Position numbers and translations under genes: made by a program. A stretch of DNA of 64,000 nt from contig NIVC01002157.1 of the NCBI GenBank assembly GCA_002269645.1, positions 134,433 through 198,432 of the forward strand, read 5' to 3'. Source of the DNA: Macrostomum lignano (lineage: Eukaryota). The notes beneath the pieces are model-generated. The model had not been told where the DNA came from. It worked only from the letters and a program-made list of their open reading frames with translations, and did not search any database. Below are positions 1-9,153 of the stretch, in pieces; the first letter of the stretch is position 1, and every line of letters starts with the position of its first letter.

Positions 1-25
1 ATAAATAGATTATTATCATACTTAC

Positions 26-77
26 TAGGCGCTGTAACACCAAGAAGTCCAAGTTCTCCACACTGCCTCCAGAACTT
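26..77 (-). CDS. IVD: Isovaleryl-CoA dehydrogenase, coding exon 3 (gene continues off the left edge)
   Basis: ttattgcag|AAG...CCT A|gtaagt. Translates KFWRQCGELGLLGVTAP, which matches IVD EFWKQLGNLGVLGITAP as recalled. 52-nt exon, in phase with exon 2. Confidence 0.9.
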
Positions 78-159
78 CTGCAATAAAAAAGTTTTTAATA
101 AATTTGTTGGCTTTTTTCTAAATCAAATTTTAAATTTTGATTTGTCCTTACTACATTAC

Positions 160-249
160 CTTAATGTCTTTGAAGTCATTTTCAGCATCAATTTGTTGTG
201 CCTTTGGAGCCAACTCTTTTTGGCAGAATTGAAATATAGTTTGGCGCAA
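160..249 (-). CDS. IVD: Isovaleryl-CoA dehydrogenase, coding exon 2
   Basis: ctcctttttag|TTG...AAG|gtaatg. 90 nt, LRQTIFQFCQKELAPKAQQIDAENDFKDIK, which matches IVD [21 protein letters not shown]. Confidence 0.9.
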
Positions 250-367
250 CTAAAAAGGAGAATATAAAATTTGTTAAGCAACTAAAAAATTAAAGAAATA
301 ATTCTTAACGAATTAATCACAATTAAAACATTTGAATTTTTCCTATGTAACATTATTTTCTTTTCAT

Positions 368-536
368 GGGATCTTTGATGGAAGGGTAAGGATCTTTGAT
401 GGGAGGGTAGGGATCTTTGATAGGAGGGTAAGGATCTTTAATAGGAGGGTAGGGATCTTTGATGGGAGGGTAAGGATCTTTACCTTACCCTTTTACCCTT
501 TACCCTTACCCTTTACCCTTTACCTTTACCTTTACC
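368..536. repeat. ~21-bp minisatellite (GGGAGGGTAAGGATCTTTGAT, ~5-6 copies) followed by a (TTTACC/TTTACCC)n tract
   Basis: Direct tandem periodicity in IVD intron 1; boundaries approximate. Confidence 0.75.
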
Positions 537-1318
537 ATATTGATGGCGTAAGGAAAAACTTAGCTATATATAACTTCATCAGCTTTGTACAAATGGAGCA
601 AAGAGAAATCCATTATGTAATATATGACCTGGATGGCCACATACTTTGTTGCCTCAACTGGTTATGGAAGCAAAGCAATAATGCCCATAGGCCTTAACAG
701 TTTTATAAGCAAGCAAAAATTATTAGAGCTTAGCAGGTTTGCACTCCATAGTTCAGATCATGGCAGGCATAGGCTAGAATGAAAATTCATGTTTTTTCAA
801 TTTTACACTAATGTAAAATAAATAAAATTTTTACACCAAGACTAAAATTGTTTATACGTCATTTTTTAAAGAATATATATTTTTAGGAATTCAAAACTTT
901 TATTAAACTTTAAAATGGCTGTTTTTTGCTAAAAACTGATTTTCTTTGTTTTAATTTTGACTTTCTTGTGATTACATTATTATTTTCTAGTTTAGTTTCT
1001 GATTTTTTAAAGAGCTTTCAACGTTGGTTGATATTTAACTACATGTTTACATTAGCCTTGAACTTGGCTATTTTTTGTATACCAACTACGTACACTTCAT
1101 GTTGAACTTGAAAATTATATACGCCAAGTGTATGCCAAGATTGTCAGCAAGACCAAAAATACACTGGAAAATTCTTGCATAAAGGAATAGAAAATTCTGG
1201 AACCACCTTCTGGACTATGGTTTATACTAAAGAATAAAATTATAATGAAAACTTAAATACATAGGCCTATACAGTGTGCATTTAGAATTTAGATGCCAAT
1301 TATAGTAACAAGTACAAT

Positions 1319-2284
1319 TGTTGTATCCCCCTTCCTCGCTGGCACGGCCGGGTTGGGCGACGGGTAGCGGTGTCGGGGTTCGGGTACTAGACTGCCCAGG
1401 GCTTACGAGCTCGATCGGCGACCCCGAGGCGTACGGACACTTCGGGGGGAGGTCAAGGTTGAGAAGTCGAGAGAGAGGGGAGGGGCGGCTGTGGGCGGGC
1501 GGCCACTCGACAGCCTGGTGAGTCAAGGAAGAGAGAGAGGGCTGCGGGCGGTCGGCCACTCGACAGCCTGGTGAGTCAAGGAAAAGAGAGAGGGCTGTGG
1601 GCGGGCGGCCACTCGACAGCCTGGTGAGTCAAGGAAGAGAGAGAGGGCTGCGGGCGGTCGGCCACTCGACAGCCTGGTGAGTCAGACTGAGGAGAGAGTG
1701 AGAGAGAGAGAGATCAGGAGAGCGACCCCGAGGAACACAGGCAATTGTCTCGACAGCTTACCGGGCCGGGTCGATTTTAGCACTCATACACGGGAAGGCC
1801 GATCGATTGCAATAAATTGAGTCTTCGCAGTAAGAGACCGTCTCTACGGTTGATCGCTGGTCACGTTCGTTTTTTTATCGCGGTGGGCGCAAATGGGCGC
1901 AGGCACGGTGAGAAAAGGGGCGGGGTCTGAGCGTCGCCTTAAATAACGAGTAAAAAAGGGGCAGGGGCGCAAACAAGGGGGGGGAGAAAGGGCTTAAACA
2001 ATGGAGCTGATTGACAGCTGATTGGCTGCGGCGAGGGGAGGGTGGAAGCGCGCACGGCCAGGGAGAGGGAGAGAGAGCAGAGGCCCAGCCAATCAGCACG
2101 GCTAGCCAAAGGGCTAAACAGCCAAGGCGAGAGAGAGAGAGAAAGAGAGCAGAGGCTCAGCCAAAGGGCTCATAGCTCCAGACTGGCTTGAGCCGGGGGG
2201 GGGGGGAACAATAATCAACTACCAAAGTCAACAACTATCAAAGTGCACTTGCACCAGGGGAGCACTGTGACACAGGTCACAACA
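1319..2284 (-). repeat. 3' LTR (966 bp)
   Basis: Matches 9154-10124 except for homopolymer lengths and about 2-3 substitutions; preceded on the minus strand by the PPT. Confidence 0.96.
1491..1682. promoter_or_regulatory. 4 x 53-bp tandem repeat inside the LTR, each unit with a TGAGTCA (AP-1 consensus) site
   Basis: GGCCACTCGACAGCC starts at 1501, 1554, 1607 and 1660; the same array is in the other two LTR copies. Function is inferred only. Confidence 0.6.
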
Positions 2285-2294
2285 CCCTCCCCCT
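2285..2294 (-). other. Polypurine tract (AGGGGGAGGG)
   Basis: Immediately 5' of the 3' LTR TG on the minus strand. Confidence 0.9.
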
Positions 2295-2389
2295 AAAAAA
2301 AAGAAAACGACGCGCTTTGACTGAATGAAAATTAAAAAAAAATGTAATGAAATGAAACTGAATGAAAGAGACCAAGAGTGTCAGGCAGC

Positions 2390-2790
2390 GGCCGAGAGCG
2401 CAGGACAGGGGCCGAGGATGTCGGACAGGCCGAGAACACCGGGCACGGCCGAGAATGCCGGACTGTGGCCGAAAACGCCGGGCATGGCCGAGAATTCCGG
2501 ACAGCGACCGAGAATGCCGGGCAGCGGCCGAGAACGCCTGGCATGGCCGAGAATGCCGGACAGCGGCCGAGAATGCCGGGCAGCGGCCGAGAATGCCGGG
2601 CAGCGACCGAGAACGCCGGGCATGGCCGAGAGTGCCGGACAGCGGCCGAGAATGCCGGGCAGCGGCCGAGAATGCCGGGCAACGACCGAGAACGCCGGGC
2701 ATGGCCGAGAGTGCCGGACAGCGGCCGAGAATGCCGGGCAGCGGCCGAGAATGCCGGGCAACGACCGAGAGCGCCGGGCATGGCCGAGAG
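2390..2790. repeat. GC-rich 19-20-bp minisatellite in the element's 3' non-coding region (~20 copies, GCCGGGCAGCGGCCGAGAAT)
   Basis: Tandem periodicity; explains the stacked six-frame ORFs at 2277-2906. Confidence 0.9.
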
Positions 2791-2922
2791 TGTTCCCCGC
2801 CCTTCCTTCGGGGCCGCTCCCAGTGCCAAACAGAGGGATCACAACGACGATCAGAGGAGAGATGGGATGAAATGAAGGAGTGAAGGTCTCTTGCCCGCCC
2901 TGGCATCCTGCCCCAGAACCCC

Positions 2923-3804
2923 CTAGACCGCCACCTCCGCCGCCCGGCGCAACAACCCCAACACGCGTCCTCCGTCGATTAGTTCAAACTGAGGGATCGC
3001 AACACTCATGACGAACCGAGTGCTTCGCTTGAAGGCAGGCCGCCGCCAGACACGCCGAGCATGACCCCGACACTTGGCGCTGATGTCACGGAGAATGAAC
3101 TTGACAGTCTGAGCCAAAAGCTCGGCGATTTCGCGTCGATGATCCAGCCGCTCGCTGCCGCACAGTCCCACCATTTCAGTCAAAAGCCGGAACATCGCAG
3201 CTGGACTCCCCGACAACAAAGCGTGCCGAAGCTCCGACCGGATTCGAGCTCTTCGCTGCGTTGCCTCCCCGCTCCAGGTGTATTCCACCTCGGTACTCGG
3301 CTCGCTCCTCATCAGCCACGCTGGCGACTCCCGTTGGTCGATGACGAGCTCCGGTTCGTCTTCTGACATCGAAGTTTCGCCGTCGGATTCATTCAAGAGC
3401 TCTTCTTCCTCTGACTGCGTGATTTCACAGCAGCTCTGAGCAGTCTCCTCGCCGCCGCAACCACCACGCTCGCTTCCTTCCGACTCCCTGTCCTCGTCTG
3501 ACTCTTCTGTTTCGTCTTCAATCGTTACGACAAACTCCTCCGGGACGCACATCCCATCCGGCGGGACAAAATACCGGGCGCACTCGAGCGGGTTGCTAAC
3601 GGCATCCTGCCCGAACCGGTCGTACAGCGCTCGTCGAAACGGACACAGCAGGACCGCACTCGCATGCTGCAGCCTCTGGAAATTCTCCGTTCCACCGGGT
3701 CCACACTTGTCGGGGTGCCGTCGCAGGCTCTCACGGCGGTACGCACGTCGCAGCTCCTCCTCCGTCGCGAAGGGGCTGACACCAAACTCGGCGTAGAGGT
3801 CCAT
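2923..3804 (-). CDS. Retrotransposon-borne DnaJ/Hsp40 J-domain protein (293 aa from the ATG at 3804)
   Basis: MDLYAEFGVSPFATEEELRRAYRRESLRRHPDKCGPGGTENFQRLQHASAVLLCPFRRALYDRFG fits all four J-domain helices with HPD intact. Followed by an acidic linker and a basic/helical C-terminus. Intronless; strong Kozak context (GGCATGG). Confidence 0.88.
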   Translation of the reverse strand: MDLYAEFGVSPFATEEELRRAYRRESLRRHPDKCGPGGTENFQRLQHASAVLLCPFRRALYDRFGQDAVSNPLECARYFVPPDGMCVPEEFVVTIEDETEESDEDRESEGSERGGCGGEETAQSCCEITQSEEEELLNESDGETSMSEDEPELVIDQRESPAWLMRSEPSTEVEYTWSGEATQRRARIRSELRHALLSGSPAAMFRLLTEMVGLCGSERLDHRREIAELLAQTVKFILRDISAKCRGHARRVWRRPAFKRSTRFVMSVAIPQFELIDGGRVLGLLRRAAEVAV

Positions 3805-3989
3805 GCCCGGAAAGCAGTGCCTGCAACAACCACGACTCACTTTTGAGAGCAGGGCAATGGTTCCTTCGAGCCTCTTTGGGGCGCCGATCCTTCATCCCTG
3901 ATGGCAGGGTTGGGCAGGTGGGACCTCCACTGACGGGCCTTAAGAGGGGAAATATATATTTTTGTTTGTGAAGCCCAGTTTTCAATAAC

Positions 3990-4180
3990 GCGGGTGATGA
4001 CGCAGACGATGCTTCGAACCAAATGTTGATGACGCAGGTGATGACGCGGATGATGCTTCGAACCAAATATTGATGACGCAGGTGATGACGCGGATGATGC
4101 TTCGAACCAAATGTTGATGACGCAGGTGATGACGCGGATGATGCTTCGAACCAATTATTTATGACGCAGGAGATGACGCG
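3990..4180. repeat. ~4 x 44-bp tandem repeat between the pol stop and the J-ORF, containing 9 ATGACGC motifs
   Basis: Units start at 4011, 4055, 4099 and 4143 (GCTTCGAACCAAATGTTGATGACGCAGGTGATGACGCGGATGAT). Confidence 0.85.
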
Positions 4181-4207
4181 ACATTGCGCACGCACTCACG
4201 TCCGCTC

Positions 4208-7200
4208 TTAATAATAAACGGGCGTTCCATAACGCTGCGGAACCCTTCGATCCCTCTGGGGTCGACCTTCGATGACTTCAACTGGCGCTTCCGGCTGCGG
4301 CTGCACTCCTGGCTGCTGCACATCCATTGGTTCTCCCTCCTCTCGAACCCGCCCGGAATGTCGCCACCATCGCTCCTCATCCTCATCGTCCGATTCCTGC
4401 GAGTCCTCCCTGACGGATTCCGTCTCTTGAGCAGGACCTGGGTGGTACCTCCTTGGTGCAGGACGCCGAGGGCCACCGGTGCCGTCGACCGGGTACTTCC
4501 GGTACCGAGGCAGGAGGTTGTTAAAGTGCACCACCTTGATCGGCTTCCGTCGACCTTCCTGTCGAATCCTATAGCGCGTCTCCGACAGCTTCTCGAGAAC
4601 TACGGCAGGTCCGGTCCAGGGTGAGTGGAGCTTCGCTTTGGCACCGGCCTTCAACACGGGGTTGTAGACGAACACCTCGTCGCCAGCCACGAATTCTCGA
4701 CCCTTCACCTTCCGGTCGTACCAGTCTTTCTGCACTCGTTGATATGACGTTATTCTCTCACGCACCACCCGATGGGCTTCCACGAGCGTCTCCCGCAGGT
4801 TCTGGACTTCCTCGCAGTACGGTTCGATGTCCAGTGGGCGCGCCACTCCCAAGTCAACTGGCAGAGACATCTCGCGACCATGCAGAAGGAAGAAGGGTGA
4901 GTAGCCGGTGCCGCGGTGCACACTGGAGCGATACGCCATGAGCGCCGGGGCAACGAATTCGTCCCACCGCCTCTGATCCGGCTCCTTCACCAGGTGCGCC
5001 CGGATCACTGCAGTCAGCGTCTTATTGAAGCTTTCCACTTGGCCGTTTCCAGAGGGGTGATAGGCGGTCGTACGCGTCTTTCGGATATTCAGACTTTCGC
5101 ACAGCTGGCCGATCAATTGCGACTCGAAATTGGCTCCCTGATCCGAGTGGATTGTTCCTGGGGCTCCGTAGTGACAGACCCACTCCTCGAGCATTGCCCT
5201 TGCACAGGTGCTGGCCGTCTGATCTGGCACCGGTACTGCCACTGGCCACTTACTGAACGCGTCCTGCATCGTCAGTATGTATTTGTTGCCTCGGACGCTG
5301 GTTGGCAGTGGTCCAATCAAATCCACCATCACTCTTTCAAACACATGGCTGCTGGGAATCGGCTCCAATGGGGCCTTCCGCCGCATCCCGGGCTTGCTCC
5401 GGTTACAGTCGTCACACCTTCGCACAAACTCCTCGACCTCTCGCTTCAAGCCGGGTCTCCAGAATCGGTTCCTGACTTTCTCCAGAGTCTTTGCTACGCC
5501 GAAGTGTCCACCTCCTGGTCCAGAGTGCAGCGTCTGCAGAGCGTCGGGGATCAATTTCTTCGGGAGAACAGCCCGCGGTGGGTGACGTCCCAGATCCTTG
5601 ATGACGAGGGTGTTGTCCACAATTTCCAGCCGAGGCTTTTGTGCCCAGATGGCTCGGGTCGTTGGTGACGCACCCCGAGGTGGCTCTTCGTTTGCTCGGC
5701 CGGCGTGCATCGACTGGTAAACTGGAGCGATGTCGTTGTCCACAGCTTGTGCTGCTGCCAGCTCATCTCGGCTGAGCAACCCGAGCAGCGTCGTTACCCT
5801 GACCCCGGGGAGGTCATCAGTCCGGCACGACGGGCAGTTATCCATTTCGGGATGTCGTCGCGTCGGCTTGCGTGACAGCGCGTCCGCATTCTGATGACGC
5901 GCCCCTGGCCGATGCTCCACTGCGAAGTCGAATGGCGCCAACCTCTCCATCCACCGAGCCAACTGGCCTTCCGGCTGCCTCATACTTCGGAGCCACTGCA
6001 GACTTGCGTGGTCGGTGCGCACCCGGAACCTCCGGCCAAGTAGATAGTACCGGAACCTCTCTGCGAATGTCACCAGCGCCAGGAGCTCGATTCGTGTCGT
6101 GCAATAGTTGAATTCGGCCCCTTGCAGACGCCGACTCCCGTACGCAATAACCCGCTCTGACCCGTCTTCTTGTACCTGCGACAAGACTGCTCCGAGACCC
6201 TGTCGGGTACTTCCATCGGTATCCAAGATGAACTCACCAGCCGTGGGGTCGAAGTTCGGGTAGGCCATCACGCGGCAACCGGTCAATTCTTCTTTCAGCT
6301 TTTTGAAGGCCTCATCGTGTTCCTCTCTCCAACTGAACGGCTTGTCTTTCTTTGTCAGATCAAAAAGTGGTGCAGCGACTATCGAGAATTCTGGTATGAA
6401 GTTTCGGTAGTAACCAGCCAGACCCAGGAACGACTGAAGGTCTTTTGCATTTCTTGGAATGCTCCAGTCACGGACTTCCTTGATCTTCTCCGGGTCGACA
6501 TCGATTCCGTCCTTTGACACGACGTGGCCAAGGAATTTGACCTCATCGGCCAGGAATCTGCACTTAGATGGCTTTAGCCTCAAGTTGGCTGCGCGCAGGC
6601 GCTGGAATACCGCCTCGAGATTCGTTAGATGCTCGCTGACAGTTCGGGACCAAATGATGATATCGTCGATGTAGACGAGCGCCATTTTCCACAGAAGGTC
6701 GTGTAGTACCATATTCATCAACCTTGTGAATGTCGCCGGCGCATTGGTCAATCCGAAGGGCAGCACCTTGAACGCGAATTGCCCCCGATGCGGAATGACA
6801 AAAGCAGTCTTTTCTTGATCCTCCCTTTTGACCTTAACTTGCCAATAGCCGGAGCAAAGGTCGAGCGTCGAAAATACAGCCGCACCTCCGAGCGCTTCAA
6901 GTGCGTCATCGACACGCGGGATTGCTATGGCGTCCTTGACAGTTCGTTGATTCAACTCTCTGTAGTCGACACACAGTCGCAGTTCCCCATTCTTTTACGG
7001 ACACAGACCACTGGCGAACTCCACGGCGATTGGGTCGGTTCAATCATCTTCGTTGCCAAAAGCTCGTCGATTTGTCGGTCGACTTCGCCGCGCCAATGTG
7101 GCGGTAGCCGTCGCGGAGGCTGTTTTACGGCTGTTCCGGTGGTCTCAATTTCATGCTGCACGATGTCCGTCGTCCCGAGGCGCGCTGTACTCTCTGCGAA

Positions 7201-8184
7201 AACATCTGCGTATCGATTCACCAATCTTAGGAAACTCGCTTTGTCTGCCCCCGTGAGCTGCTTGGAGCCGTGCTGGTTCAGTGCCGCCTCTGGGTCCCAT
7301 GGATCGCAGCTGGGTCGTAAAACCGACGCTTGCTCTTCGATGCTGGCTACCAGAACCTCTTGAGCCGGATCTGATGGTCGAAACCAGCCGATGACAGCTC
7401 CCTTCCGCAGCCGCAGCTCGGAGTCCGTGACATTCGCGAAGTGAACTGGTAGGGTGTTGCCCTGCTGGATGAGGCAGACGCTCCTGGCTAGCATTGGTCT
7501 CTCATCGCTCTTCAGTTTTTCGTCTGGCTCGGCGACGCCGAGCACTCCGGAATTCTGTGTCGCTGTTCTCCGAATCCTGGCTGAGACGGTCCGTTCGTGA
7601 TTGGCCGGAATGATCAAGTTTTCGTTCAGGTACAACCGGCAGACGACTGGTTTGTGCTTGGTCTCTCGGATTGGCACACGTGAACCGTTCACGCGGAAAA
7701 CTCCTCCGGCGAAATCGATTTGGCACCGGTGGCGGCGTAAGAAGTCGGTGCCTAGCAACAGTTCGTAGCCGACCCCTTGGACCACCGCAATTGGCGTCTG
7801 TAAAGTTTCTGATCCGAACTGTAGGGGAAGCGACGCGCATCCTAACACATTCATGGGAGTTCCGTTCGCTGAGATCAGGTGGGTTTCCGAAGGGCTGAGT
7901 TCAACTCGAACCGACTTGCTCAACTGCCGCCAGGTCCTCTCGTTCACCAGCGACATGACCGAGCCCGAATCCAACAGACACGGCAACTCAATCTCGCCAA
8001 TTTTTACCGACACGTAGATTGACACGGGATTAAAAGCTGTTGCAGGTTGATCTCTATCTCTTGAGCAGTCCGCCGGACATCCTGCTGCACGTCGCTCCGG
8101 GGCTGCATCTTCGTCTCGGGTTGGGGCCTCTACTGTCTCGGCGGAACTCCCTCGCCCCTGCGGAAGTTCCCCTTGCCGTTTCCC
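4208..8184 (-). CDS. pol: pol: aspartic protease, reverse transcriptase, RNase H, integrase (one apparent 1-nt frameshift at ~6993-6996)
   Basis: LLDSGS (PR); PFGLTNAPATF and YIDD (RT); DTDGS...GLGAVLSQ...ELLAL...RTDH (RH); H-H-CxxC zinc motif, DLIGP/SDQG/ESFN (IN DDE); GPY/F-like tail. ORF track 6952-8025 and 4208-6955; the frame is open back to the slippery site at 8184. Confidence 0.95.
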
Positions 8185-9110
8185 TGTTGCTGACGGGTTG
8201 GGCAGTTAGTCGCGATGTGCCCTGGCTTGTTGCAGAAGAAGCAGCGAATTCCTCCCGTTCGTCGAGGCTTCTGATGGTCGCCTTCGTCGGAGTCGGTCGG
8301 TCGAGCTGCGGCGCTGCTATGCGGTTCCGCTCTCAGCGACTCGAGCTGAACCACTTTGCCTTGAAGCTGCCTCACCAGTTTCTTCAACTCCTCGAGCTCT
8401 TTGTCCTTTTCTTGGGAGTAGGCTCCATCCTCCCGAGGCACAGATTCCGCCGCGCCGCTCACCACGAAGACTCCTCGGTGGCCGCTGCCAGTTGCTCCAG
8501 CCGATCTCGGTCCCTTCGCCGCCTTGGACGCCGCCTCGAGCTGCCTCACCGCGCGTTGTGCTGCCACCAGACCTTCGGGCTGCTGCAGGTAGAGCTTCTC
8601 TCGCTGGAGGTCGGAGAGTCTCACCCCTTGCATGAAGCGATCCTTCGCGAGGTCGTCCTGCAGCTCGGCAGTTGCCGCCGGGTAGGCACAGCGCACCAGT
8701 TCAAGGAGAGCATCTGCGTAGGCCTCCAACGACTCGCCATCCTTCTGATCTCGGGTTTTTAGCTCGACCTTGCTGTCCTGCTCTGTCCGGTACCGGGAGA
8801 AGCGAGCCTCCAACCGGGCGGTGAATCCCTCGTAGTCCAGCGGATCCACAGGATCGTCGGGTCCCGGCAGGTTCAGATTATCGACCGCAGCGTACGCCGT
8901 AGCGAGATCCAGCATGCTCATCAAGTGCTCGCGACGATGCTCCTCGTCAATCTCGGCGGAGTCGCAATAAGCGTTGAAAGAGCGCAGCCAGAGTCGAAAA
9001 TTCATGCTTGACGTGTACTTCACGGGCTTCGGGAGTCTCGGTGGCTGGGCTGGTCCATCCGCTCGCAGACGCTCGGCTAGCAGCCGAATCAGTTCGTCCA
9101 CATTCGCCAT
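8130..9110 (-). CDS. gag: gag (326 aa) with a CCHC zinc knuckle
   Basis: CFFCNKPGHIATNC knuckle; QKDGESLEAY capsid-type motif; starts 25 nt after the PBS. Confidence 0.95.
   Translation of the reverse strand: MANVDELIRLLAERLRADGPAQPPRLPKPVKYTSSMNFRLWLRSFNAYCDSAEIDEEHRREHLMSMLDLATAYAAVDNLNLPGPDDPVDPLDYEGFTARLEARFSRYRTEQDSKVELKTRDQKDGESLEAYADALLELVRCAYPAATAELQDDLAKDRFMQGVRLSDLQREKLYLQQPEGLVAAQRAVRQLEAASKAAKGPRSAGATGSGHRGVFVVSGAAESVPREDGAYSQEKDKELEELKKLVRQLQGKVVQLESLRAEPHSSAAARPTDSDEGDHQKPRRTGGIRCFFCNKPGHIATNCPTRQQQGNGKGNFRRGEGVPPRQ
8140..8184 (-). promoter_or_regulatory. -1 programmed ribosomal frameshift signal (G GGA AAC plus downstream hairpin)
   Basis: The heptamer at 8184-8178 is in gag phase and the -1 frame is open into the protease. 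GGAACTTCC pairs with GGGAGTTCC (9 bp, one G-U) starting about 8 nt downstream. Confidence 0.8.
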
Positions 9111-9134
9111 GACAGCTCACAAGCAAACTGAGCA

Positions 9135-9152
9135 GTCCCTGTTCGGGCGCCA
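9135..9152 (-). other. Primer-binding site TGGCGCCCGAACAGGGAC (tRNA-Lys UUU)
   Basis: 18 nt, 1 nt from the 5' LTR; identical to the well-known tRNA-Lys3 PBS. Confidence 0.93.
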
Positions 9153-9153
9153 A

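Noticed and set aside
481-536. (TTTACCC)n as an interstitial telomeric repeat
   Set aside because: The unit is not TTAGGG, TTAGG or TTTAGGG on either strand; it is a short degenerate microsatellite.
2277-2906. Six overlapping 150-210 aa ORFs
   Set aside because: Products of the stop-free GC minisatellite.
2923-3840. J-ORF as an env gene, or starting at GTG 3840
   Set aside because: No signal peptide, furin site or TM anchor. The ATG at 3804 coincides with the J-domain start and has strong Kozak context.
4010-4150. TTCGAA in the 44-bp repeats as heat-shock elements
   Set aside because: An HSE needs nGAAn pentamers (TTCnnGAA); these lack the 2-nt spacer.
4184-8762. Plus-strand ORFs opposite gag/pol (e.g. 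4916-5668, 6779-7363, 8040-8762)
   Set aside because: Antisense shadows of GC-rich coding sequence with no recognisable motifs.
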